IMG/VR virus record: IMGVR_UViG_3300033120_001005
Location: 10,322-74,321 of that record
From: a virus
Taxonomy: Duplodnaviria; Caudoviricetes
Length of the DNA: 64,000 bases
Reading direction: 5' to 3' (one strand)
Part shown: positions 55,009 through 64,000 of the stretch, in pieces
How positions within the stretch are numbered: position 1 is the stretch's first letter
Layout: every line of letters starts with the position of its first letter
Position numbers and translations under genes: made by a program
Notes under the pieces: model-generated
The model's database searches: none
What the model was told of the DNA's origin: nothing
What the model saw: the letters and a program-made list of their open reading frames with translations, nothing else

Positions 55009-58000
55009 TTAATTAGAAACTTTATCTATAAAATGTTTAAATCCATGTTTTTGTTCCCATTTTTTCTTTTCATTTATTTTGTAATCACTTAATAAATAAT
55101 CAGGATTTATAGATTCTATCAAGTTTCCAATTGGTGTTGCTTTATCTAAAATTTTAGCAAATTGTGAATTGTATTTTGATTTTTCACTTACAGGAATAAA
55201 CATATCTTGAATACGAGGCCCTAATGATGATATTACTAAACCAGCTAAAATTGCTATTGGATTTGCTCCAATTAATGCTTGAGTTAAAATTGAGAACATT
55301 AACAAATAATCAAATTTTCCATATTCAATTGCTTTTTTATGGTTTTTAATTAATTCTTTGATACCATTTTCATCTTCTTCATCATCCCAATAAGCCATAC
55401 TTAAATATGCCAATGTGCTCATAATAGTAAACATATTCATAGCTAAAGCTTTTTGAATTTTAGCAATGTCTTCTCTAGTGTATGAATCAATTGCTATTTG
55501 ATTTTGATCATTTAATTTAAAAACATCTTTTCCAGTTTTGTTATGTAAAAAATTTAAAGCTAAAAGCACCGATGAACTATAAACTGGTCTATTTGTGTAT
55601 TCACCTGATTTTGCAGCGACATTACCCCATTTTCTATTAAATGCTGGAACAACCCATGTTTTAAATTTAAGCATTTGTGACGATAGCGTGTCTTGATGCC
55701 TAATACTTGTAGATTTACTCACACCTCCAGCCAATGATAAATATTTTGCCATGGCAGAATTAATTGCTTGCATTTGATTATCCGTTAATGACTCACCATT
55801 TTTTATTTTATCAAAAATAGAAGTAAAAGCACTTTCAGATATTTCACCTCCAACAATTGACATCATTTTTATGTAATCATTAAATTTATACATTACATAC
55901 ATGCTGTTTAACATTTTGTCAGTTAATCCGGGTTTTAAATTTTCATATACACCTTCTGGAAGTACATTGTCAATTGCTAAAATCTTTTTAACTTTATCAA
56001 TATTTTTAAGTCCATCAAAAAAAGCAAATATGTTTTTGTTTTGTGTTTCAGTGTTTTTGGTCAACAATTTTACACCAGTTTTTATCCCTTGGTATGATTT
56101 TTTAAGTTCACCATTATCTATTGTTAATGACAATGTATCTGCTACTAAATCCACTATTTGAGCCGAAAAATTAAATCCTAATGCAAGTGAAGTCATGTAA
56201 TCATTTAAAACTTTTATTGCTTTGCGGCCCAATAAATCTTGTTTGCTTTTTTTAGCGTTTGATTTATTGAAATATTTACTGTCAATAAATTCACCAATAA
56301 TAGCTTTTGCTGAACTTTGATCTGCATCTTTTTCAATTGTATTGCCAATAATGTAATTAAATGCATCTGCATAAGAATTTACGTGTTGGCCAATACGAAT
56401 TGCATGAACTTCATCAAGAAAAGTGCTAAAATTATAGTTTAAATCATTGCTTACATCAGCTTCTTTTTGGTAAATATCTTTACCTACAATCATTGAACGT
56501 AAATTGATTTTTCTTTTGAAACGTTTAAATCCTTTAATATTTCCGGCATTATTTGGATTTTTCGCTATTTCATTAATTTGGTTCATGTATTGCAAAGCTT
56601 GAGCATTTGGAAAATGACTAATAATATCAACCCAATCATTAACTGATTTTACTTTACGTTTTTTATCGTTAGGATCTTCAAAAGCAATTAATTTATTTCC
56701 ATAGGCTTTTAATTGATAAGCAATGACTAATTGATTCCAATTTTTCCTTTTTTCACCTTTAAATGTATGTAACCATGAATTTAACAATGAATTGTATTTC
56801 ATTCCCGAAGCGGGTACAGGAATTTGTTGTAATTCATATTCTTCTGTTTCTTCATTTTTTTTGTAAAATTGATATAAATAAGAATCACCTAACAATGGAT
56901 TACCACCTATTTTTTTAGTCATAAAAATATCATTCATTATTTGTTCCATTTTACTTGAAACAAAATTGTAATATTTCATTTCTGCCATGGTAAAATTTTC
57001 ATTTTGTACTTCATCTATTGTTTTAAATACGCGCGTTCCATTAGGTCCTGATTTAGAAAATCTATTCATTAAATCAAGTTCTGTATTTTTATTTAAACGA
57101 ATTTTATTTTTAAGTCCGGCTAAAAACCCTTTATTAATTAAATTTCTTTCTTCTAAAACAGCATTCCATAAATTTTTAGCACTTAATTTAGTCATTGCAG
57201 CATCAGTAAGCATATTATCAGATTTTTGATTCATTTGATAAAACATCTTACCTATTTGTTGTTTGTGCATTGACCAACTAGCAGGTGTTAAAAACAATTG
57301 AGCAATTTTATCAAACCCTAAAGTAGTCATATCAACTAATTCATCTGGAGTATCTTTTGCGTTTGTTATATCTTGAACTGCTTTTGACAATGAAATATTT
57401 TCTGACAACATCATATATTCTTGCAAAACATAATTTAAAGTTTCATCAGAAACCAAATTTTGTTCATGTAAAAATCTTGTGTATGCTTCAAATTTTGCTA
57501 AATCTGACGAATTGTAACTTCTATACGCGCCATTGTAAATACCAGTAATTACATCTTTGTAAATTTTTACAAATTGTTTTACTTGTGTTTTATGGATATT
57601 CATTTTAGAAATAACTTTTTCTTTTCTATTAAATAACTCAGTAACTGCATCTAATAAATTTGGATTATCAATACTAGGATCTTCCATATTAATTACATTA
57701 CCTACAGATGATAAATTAACATCAGGAGCAAAACCAATAGCGCTTGATGATTCTATTCTTTTTACAGAACTGTTCATTGCACTGTTATAAGAATTAATTA
57801 CATCATTAATATAAGGACGAATTAAAGAATAGTCAACAGGTATCGTTTTTATTCCACCTGATTGATCAACTGACATAATCCTTAATGTTTTTACAACCTC
57901 ACCTTGACTTTCTTTTATATGCGCTAAAATTCCACCTTTTAAAACTGCTTTTGCAGGTGGTTGTTTTGGCAATCCCGCAATAGCTTCAGTAATCATTTCT

Positions 58001-61000
58001 TGTTTAGCAATGGCATTGTTTAAAGCATTTTCATATTCATAATAATCTTCTGCATGAACAATGTCCATCACTAATTCATTATTGGCATTATAATACATAC
58101 CATCTAAATAACCAGCTAATTTTAAATCACTAGCAAATTCAATTTCACCAGCTTTAAAATAATCAATATCAATATTACGTGCAAACGATTGAGCAAATGA
58201 GCGTGCTCTTTGGCTTGAAACATTTAAAATTGTATTTAATTGGTTAATTACATTAGGATTTGTTTTAGCCATATACATTAAATGTTTAATAATTAAAATT
58301 TCGTTTTCTTGCTTACGCATTTCAACAAAATCAGTATTACTAGGCATTTGTCCTGTTTTGGCTAAAAATTCTTCTTCAATAACTTGATGAAAATCTACAC
58401 CTTGATTAACTAAATAATCATCAATTAAAAATGAAGGATTTACAAAAACTTCACCATTGACCGAATAATGAGTATCACCAATTGGTTGAATTGAATTAAC
58501 AGAAGTGGCTCCTAAGTTTTCATAATAGTTATCTAACAAATTAATCATGTCTTGAAGCAGTGAATTTTTGTTAACATTAGCAAATGAAATAAATTTAACA
58601 ATTGAGGTTATAATTCTATTCCACAAATTGTTTTTCATATTTGAAGGTACAATTCCGTTACTTGTAATTTCATTTAACAATTTAAACATTTTGGCATTGT
58701 TTGACGACATTACATAAGCAATAAATTCTTTTGCTGCAATAGCAGTATCAGTTTCATCAATAACTGTTTCTTGTATAATATCTGCTAAACCATTTTGTTC
58801 GGCTGCTTTAAAATTAAGTATTGAACTGTTTTTATTGTCAGTCCATACTTTTTTAAAATAAGTAACAATTGAATCAAATTCAGTTTTAAACCCTTGGTTG
58901 GTATCATAAAAATTTGCAGTTAACGCGTGAATACCTTCATGCAATATTGCTTCTGGATGATTATCTAAGTCCATCATTTCTTCTTTGTTAATAATGATTG
59001 TATTAGATTGTTCATCATATAACATTTTACTGCTATTTGGTGCCATATTGCTGTTAATTTCTTCTTGTAAATAATCAGCTGCATTTACAAATTGAATTTT
59101 GGCAGTACCTATTTTATTAATCAATTGTCCGGCAAAAGGTCCATACGATGGAGAAATATCTTTTAAAATAGACTGCATTAATTCTTTAAAATTAGCAGGC
59201 ATATTTCCATTGTTATTACGTTTTACGTAATCTTCTACAGATAAATTTGAAACTCTTGAACCTAATTTATTTAATATGTTCAATGGAGTATTTCTGAATG
59301 ACCTTAAGCGCGCTTTTTTAGATAATGTATTGTTTTTATTTTGAAAATCAGTTTTGGCCTGTTCACTATCAAATGATTTTTTAAACGAATCAAGTGAAGG
59401 TTCAGAAGCAAAAATTGAGTTTTGAAATAATTTAGTTTCAGCATTTACATTTATTGTTTGATTTAAAAATCCTAAAAACGTTTTGATTTTTGACAATACA
59501 GGCATTAAATTAGGTGCACCTACTATTTCCCTTATTTTATTCATCAAAACACTGTCAGTTCCAATTTTTTGTAAAATAGCCCCCGGACTTGGTGTTTCTT
59601 TTAAACCTGTCAATTCTTTCATTTGTTGTTGGAATTGAGCAATGTCGAAATTTTCAGGCATATTTTCTATTTCATTGGCCATGACAATTCCACTAATCAT
59701 TTTTAATATTTTTTGATTAGTTAATTCATGCGCATTGATTTTAGAAAGTGTCAATAATGGATTTTGTGAATTTGTGCTAGTTAAAACATAATTGTTTTCA
59801 TGGTTGGCAGTATAAAAACCAATTGGAAAAAACAATCCAGTTTGTTTTGTGCTTACACGTTTTTCTCCTTTTAAAGTAATTACTTGAGCACTATCAGTAG
59901 TCAACAATACTTTTTTAAATAAAATTACATTGTTATTTGGATCAACAGTATGGTAATATGTTTTTTGGTAATTATTCATATCTTCCATTGTAAGATTTTG
60001 AATTAAATCCCAATCAACTTTCAATGTTCTAGTTGGTTTATTAATTACTTTTTCTTCAGCTGTTACATCACTTGTGTTGCTTTTTATCATTTTTGATTGC
60101 TCAATTAACAAGATTTGATTTACTCTTTGAGAAAGTATTGGTTTAATATTAGCCCAGGTGTTAAAATTTTCAGTAGCATTACTAAAATACAAACCATATA
60201 AATCTCCAAAATTTCCATTTGACATTTCATTAAAAATAACATTTAATGAAAAATCATCATTTCTACTTGATTTTGACAATTCACTATACAAGTTACTTTG
60301 GCTTAATTGGCCGTTTTCATCTAATACAGTAATGTCTTTTACCAAATCATCACCAATGTTTTCTAAAGATTGTTTTACAGCTTCAAAATCAACAACACCT
60401 GTTTGTCTGTCAATTGATAATTGAACCTTTGAATCTTTACTTTTTCTATACATAGGAGAAAGTCTTTTATCTCCACCAGTTCCTTCAATGTGAATATGAA
60501 TTTGGTTTACAAATGTCCTTGCTAAATCAAATCCGTTGTCTTCACTATGTAGCATTTGACGAATACTACCAACACCAATTTGAGCCGAATATAAAAAGTT
60601 GTCATTATTTGCATTGTCAACAATCTCCTCAAAATAAACTTTGTCAGTTATTGGTAATTGGAATAAAGGATTAGTTTTATCATTACCAAAAATTGGCATA
60701 CCAGTGGCTGCGTCATAAATCATATCTTGATAAATAACAAAATCTACAGGCAAATTATTTTCGGTTGCTTGAATGTACTTTAAAGTCAATAAAAAATCTA
60801 ATGTTGATTTAGTTAAACCTAAACCTTTAGCAGTAGAATCAAATATGTTTGACAACAATGTTTTAAAACTGTCTGATTTTTGATTGTCAGTTACATTTTC
60901 ATTGATGATTTCTTCAATTTTACCTTCAATACCTAATTGTTTTTCAAGTTTACTTACTTCTTCTGACAAATCACGAACTTCACTTTTGTCAACTGGTGAC

Positions 61001-64000
61001 ATCATACTGTTAGTGTAAAAATGAAATTTATCTGTGTAAATATCTTTATTGTTACGTTTGCCTACAGGAATAGATGAACCAATAGTTACAAATTCCAAAT
61101 GTTTCATAAATGAGTTATTTATAAACTCAGATTTGTATTTGTACATTGTATCTAAAATGTTTTCAATAGAAGCAAATAAATTATCCAACAATTCAGCTTT
61201 TTTAATTGGATTTGTTTCTTGAAAAACCTCATTAAATATAGTTTCTTTTGCTTGTTTTAATAAAGCGTAATTTTGCATTTCATAAGCAAACTGTACAGCA
61301 TTTTTACCATCAGCAACTGAAGCTATTTCTTTTTGATTGGCCGCTTGTTTATCTTGTTTGTTCATTGGAATTAAAGATGAACTTTGTGCAGCACCCATGA
61401 AAAACCCATCAGCTTGAGTTCTAAATATAGAATCAGCTATATAAAACGTTTTTACCCATTTACCATTAACATTGGCAGCATTTAATAAACGAACTTTGTA
61501 TTTTAAAAATTCTTTTAATGATTTAGTGTCAAAACCTTGTGAAAAATATTTTTCAACCTGGTTTTTATAAATAGTATTTGCGTAATTTTCTATGTTGTCT
61601 ATTATGCCATTATATTGTTTTAGTTCATTTTGAATATTTTCAATTTCATTAGTATTTAAATCAATGTGTTCAAAAGAAGTTTGTTCAACTTGAGATTTAC
61701 TTATTTCTGTTAACATACCCATTTTAACTAACTTAGCTTCAAAATCAGGTATTTCATGTGGATTAGTAAATCCATCTTGAAATTTCTTTCTAATTTTTAT
61801 CCAACTTTCCATGTCACGAACCATACTTCTTGTAGAAAGTAATAATTGAAGTGTTTCAATTTGTCCTTCAATTTGCTCATTAGACATGGTTTTTATTTGC
61901 CTAATTAAATCAAATGGATTTTCAGTTATATTATTAACTGGAACATTATTTCCGTTAACAATGTAATTACTTTTGATTTTATCTAATTCAATATTGTAGG
62001 TTCTATTATCTAAACCAACGTATCTTCCATTTTCAAACCCTAATTTATTTAATAAGGTTTGATTCATTGAACGAGTATTTATTATTTCAGCCAATGTTGC
62101 ACGCAAATAAAACAACTGGTCATTGTTTCTTTGGTTTGCTGGTAATAAAGGATTGTTACCTTGATATTTTAAACTACTGTAAAGTTTAAATATTGGTTGA
62201 TTAATAATAGATAATATCTTTTCTTCATTTAATCCAGACTGAGCCAAAAACAAAGCATGTAATACGTTTTGGCTATTTAAACCAAACTTTTCAGCATAAT
62301 TGTTTTTAAAACTATCTACCATAATTTGAAGGAAATTAGACATAGGTTCAATCATACTTGAACCATCATTATTAATTGTTTCCCCTTGGTTAATATCTAA
62401 AGCTGGCTTACCAATATTGTAAGTAACATTATTGCTACTTAAATTAATATTATTAGCATTTGTCAATGAGCTGTTAGTATAAGCCATTCTATACATAGTA
62501 GAATTTGCTGAGGCTGCAATACCAATACCACTTTGTGTCATTTCAGTTAATCCACCTCTTCTTGCTTGTGCATTAGGGGTGTTTATATTGTCAGTTGAAA
62601 TAGCAAATCCTAATTTATTAGCTGCATTTACCCAATTGTCAACTGTTACTTGCTGTAATTGCATCAAATTAGGTTTAATGTCAGTACCATTAATTTGAAC
62701 ATCCCTAAGTTTGTTTAAAACAGCTTGTGTATTTTCATAACTTTTGATTTCATAAAATTGGTTTAAAGCTGGCTGATTGTCTTTTAAAAATTCTTCTATT
62801 TGACTATCATTCATGTTTTCTAAATTATCAACAATCATTGATAATTTGTTTTTTACTGTTTCTTTATAGTTCAAATCTATTTTTAAAGAACCTACAGCAT
62901 CACCATCAAAATCTGAACTTGTTATTGCCATCCATTCACTTGGCAAAACCATTGATGAACCAGATACCGGACCTATTTTTAGTGTGGCAAATAATTTTGT
63001 GGCCATGTTATTAAATGGCAATTTTTGAAGCAATAAACTATCGCCTTCATTTAATCCTAATTGATTAGCCGAATCTTGATTTAACATTACTTCACCTTCA
63101 TATCTATTATTTTGTAGGTTCTTAAATGCTAACGTATCAGATTTTAAAAGCGCATCAGAATTTAATGAATGCCAACCACCAGATATCCATATTGATTGTG
63201 AAGTTCTAACAATATCATTAAATATTTCATAAATACCTGTTACATCTGTTTCAAATGAATATTTTGGATTTAATGGATTAGTATTAGTTTTTAAACGTTC
63301 CAATACTTTTACAAACTTAGCTGAGGCTTCTTTTCCAATACGTTCTTGCATATTAGAAGAATATGTTTCAAATATGTTTACCAATTGGTCTAAAAGCTGA
63401 CTTCTTTTTTGAGCAATTTGATTATTGTATTGCTCAACTTGCTCATTGTTTGCATCAGGATATTCAAACACTGTATTTTGCAAAACATTAATTACACCTG
63501 TAAATTTACGAATAGCATTGTTAGCTATTTTTTGATTGTATTCAAGTGCTTTTGCAGCATGATCTAAAATTTCAGTAGCCCTATTACCTGCCATAACTGG
63601 TATTTGATCCAACATTTGAGTAGCCAATTTACCTTGTCTAGTGTTTCCTGATTCATCAGATTGAACTAAATTAACTGGTAATTGAACAACAGTAGATTCA
63701 CTTGAAATAGAATTTACTTCTAAATCTTTATCAAAAACTAATTCATTGTTTTTAATTGTTGCAACGGCTATGTTTTGTTTTTCAGATTTAGATTTTGTTC
63801 CATCTGAAGTAACAATTTTATCAAGGTTGTTTTTTACCATTGATTGATACAAAGTTTCCATGGCCGGGTTGTTTTTTCTTAACTCTTTAGTCAAAACAAC
63901 ACTCATGTTTTTATGCAATGCAAACTTTCCTTCATTAGTCATACCCATAGTAGCTTTTTTAAGATTACCTAAAATTCTACTATAAACACCAACACCAATA
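55009..64000 (-). CDS. giant virion RNA polymerase-like protein with zincin domain, 5'-partial
   Basis: DFDGD at 62899-62913; HEGIH at 58927-58941 with downstream EF.A; frame stays open from 63948 to the window end, so the track ATG is internal. Confidence 0.75.
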   Translation of the reverse strand, partial: IGVGVYSRILGNLKKATMGMTNEGKFALHKNMSVVLTKELRKNNPAMETLYQSMVKNNLDKIVTSDGTKSKSEKQNIAVATIKNNELVFDKDLEVNSISSESTVVQLPVNLVQSDESGNTRQGKLATQMLDQIPVMAGNRATEILDHAAKALEYNQKIANNAIRKFTGVINVLQNTVFEYPDANNEQVEQYNNQIAQKRSQLLDQLVNIFETYSSNMQERIGKEASAKFVKVLERLKTNTNPLNPKYSFETDVTGIYEIFNDIVRTSQSIWISGGWHSLNSDALLKSDTLAFKNLQNNRYEGEVMLNQDSANQLGLNEGDSLLLQKLPFNNMATKLFATLKIGPVSGSSMVLPSEWMAITSSDFDGDAVGSLKIDLNYKETVKNKLSMIVDNLENMNDSQIEEFLKDNQPALNQFYEIKSYENTQAVLNKLRDVQINGTDIKPNLMQLQQVTVDNWVNAANKLGFAISTDNINTPNAQARRGGLTEMTQSGIGIAASANSTMYRMAYTNSSLTNANNINLSSNNVTYNIGKPALDINQGETINNDGSSMIEPMSNFLQIMVDSFKNNYAEKFGLNSQNVLHALFLAQSGLNEEKILSIINQPIFKLYSSLKYQGNNPLLPANQRNNDQLFYLRATLAEIINTRSMNQTLLNKLGFENGRYVGLDNRTYNIELDKIKSNYIVNGNNVPVNNITENPFDLIRQIKTMSNEQIEGQIETLQLLLSTRSMVRDMESWIKIRKKFQDGFTNPHEIPDFEAKLVKMGMLTEISKSQVEQTSFEHIDLNTNEIENIQNELKQYNGIIDNIENYANTIYKNQVEKYFSQGFDTKSLKEFLKYKVRLLNAANVNGKWVKTFYIADSIFRTQADGFFMGAAQSSSLIPMNKQDKQAANQKEIASVADGKNAVQFAYEMQNYALLKQAKETIFNEVFQETNPIKKAELLDNLFASIENILDTMYKYKSEFINNSFMKHLEFVTIGSSIPVGKRNNKDIYTDKFHFYTNSMMSPVDKSEVRDLSEEVSKLEKQLGIEGKIEEIINENVTDNQKSDSFKTLLSNIFDSTAKGLGLTKSTLDFLLTLKYIQATENNLPVDFVIYQDMIYDAATGMPIFGNDKTNPLFQLPITDKVYFEEIVDNANNDNFLYSAQIGVGSIRQMLHSEDNGFDLARTFVNQIHIHIEGTGGDKRLSPMYRKSKDSKVQLSIDRQTGVVDFEAVKQSLENIGDDLVKDITVLDENGQLSQSNLYSELSKSSRNDDFSLNVIFNEMSNGNFGDLYGLYFSNATENFNTWANIKPILSQRVNQILLIEQSKMIKSNTSDVTAEEKVINKPTRTLKVDWDLIQNLTMEDMNNYQKTYYHTVDPNNNVILFKKVLLTTDSAQVITLKGEKRVSTKQTGLFFPIGFYTANHENNYVLTSTNSQNPLLTLSKINAHELTNQKILKMISGIVMANEIENMPENFDIAQFQQQMKELTGLKETPSPGAILQKIGTDSVLMNKIREIVGAPNLMPVLSKIKTFLGFLNQTINVNAETKLFQNSIFASEPSLDSFKKSFDSEQAKTDFQNKNNTLSKKARLRSFRNTPLNILNKLGSRVSNLSVEDYVKRNNNGNMPANFKELMQSILKDISPSYGPFAGQLINKIGTAKIQFVNAADYLQEEINSNMAPNSSKMLYDEQSNTIIINKEEMMDLDNHPEAILHEGIHALTANFYDTNQGFKTEFDSIVTYFKKVWTDNKNSSILNFKAAEQNGLADIIQETVIDETDTAIAAKEFIAYVMSSNNAKMFKLLNEITSNGIVPSNMKNNLWNRIITSIVKFISFANVNKNSLLQDMINLLDNYYENLGATSVNSIQPIGDTHYSVNGEVFVNPSFLIDDYLVNQGVDFHQVIEEEFLAKTGQMPSNTDFVEMRKQENEILIIKHLMYMAKTNPNVINQLNTILNVSSQRARSFAQSFARNIDIDYFKAGEIEFASDLKLAGYLDGMYYNANNELVMDIVHAEDYYEYENALNNAIAKQEMITEAIAGLPKQPPAKAVLKGGILAHIKESQGEVVKTLRIMSVDQSGGIKTIPVDYSLIRPYINDVINSYNSAMNSSVKRIESSSAIGFAPDVNLSSVGNVINMEDPSIDNPNLLDAVTELFNRKEKVISKMNIHKTQVKQFVKIYKDVITGIYNGAYRSYNSSDLAKFEAYTRFLHEQNLVSDETLNYVLQEYMMLSENISLSKAVQDITNAKDTPDELVDMTTLGFDKIAQLFLTPASWSMHKQQIGKMFYQMNQKSDNMLTDAAMTKLSAKNLWNAVLEERNLINKGFLAGLKNKIRLNKNTELDLMNRFSKSGPNGTRVFKTIDEVQNENFTMAEMKYYNFVSSKMEQIMNDIFMTKKIGGNPLLGDSYLYQFYKKNEETEEYELQQIPVPASGMKYNSLLNSWLHTFKGEKRKNWNQLVIAYQLKAYGNKLIAFEDPNDKKRKVKSVNDWVDIISHFPNAQALQYMNQINEIAKNPNNAGNIKGFKRFKRKINLRSMIVGKDIYQKEADVSNDLNYNFSTFLDEVHAIRIGQHVNSYADAFNYIIGNTIEKDADQSSAKAIIGEFIDSKYFNKSNAKKSKQDLLGRKAIKVLNDYMTSLALGFNFSAQIVDLVADTLSLTIDNGELKKSYQGIKTGVKLLTKNTETQNKNIFAFFDGLKNIDKVKKILAIDNVLPEGVYENLKPGLTDKMLNSMYVMYKFNDYIKMMSIVGGEISESAFTSIFDKIKNGESLTDNQMQAINSAMAKYLSLAGGVSKSTSIRHQDTLSSQMLKFKTWVVPAFNRKWGNVAAKSGEYTNRPVYSSSVLLALNFLHNKTGKDVFKLNDQNQIAIDSYTREDIAKIQKALAMNMFTIMSTLAYLSMAYWDDEEDENGIKELIKNHKKAIEYGKFDYLLMFSILTQALIGANPIAILAGLVISSLGPRIQDMFIPVSEKSKYNSQFAKILDKATPIGNLIESINPDYLLSDYKINEKKKWEQKHGFKHFIDKVSN

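Noticed and set aside
1829-60424. Short opposite-strand or nested ORFs in the track (e.g. 1829-2119, 4558-4779, 6837-7073, 12585-12899, 27183-27491, 27576-27758, 55901-56161)
   Set aside because: They are shadows of long genes on the other strand or frame, with antisense-like composition
1-64000. Stop-codon reassignment (TAG/TGA recoding known in some crAss-like phages)
   Set aside because: TerL, portal, MCP, DnaB and the giant protein are all uninterrupted in the standard code and the genes tile densely

Overview
AT-rich dsDNA phage segment with a crAss-like (Crassvirales-related) virion module, probably infecting a Bacteroidota/Flavobacteria host, in the standard genetic code. Left arm (1-15.9 kb, minus strand): canonical crAss-like order terL-portal-gene77-like-MCP-gene75/74/73-like-IHF-like-tail tubular-tail stabilisation. 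Middle (16-49 kb, plus strand): many small early genes, an SSB candidate, a DUF4942 adenine methyltransferase, DUF932-like, HNH, Rad50-like ATPase, PD-(D/E)XK nuclease, DnaB, SNF2 helicase and a Spo11/TopoVI-A-like protein, but no recognisable DNA polymerase or primase. Right arm (49-64 kb, minus strand): lysis genes, fibre/spike genes and a >2990-aa virion RNA polymerase-like protein (DFDGD plus zincin HExxH) cut by the window edge. Best leads: (1) an integrase-less array of integron-like gene cassettes with attC-like hairpins at 27.26-27.96 kb; (2) a phage-borne PRTRC ubiquitin-like conjugation operon (E, Ubl C, F-like, E2-like B, E1/ThiF) lacking ParB and JAB; (3) a recurrent intergenic (AGTA-N4-5-T)ATCAGAA motif, a candidate phage-RNAP promoter; (4) candidate structured ncRNAs at 22.4-22.76 kb. 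Family assignments come from motif recognition and synteny, not database searches.
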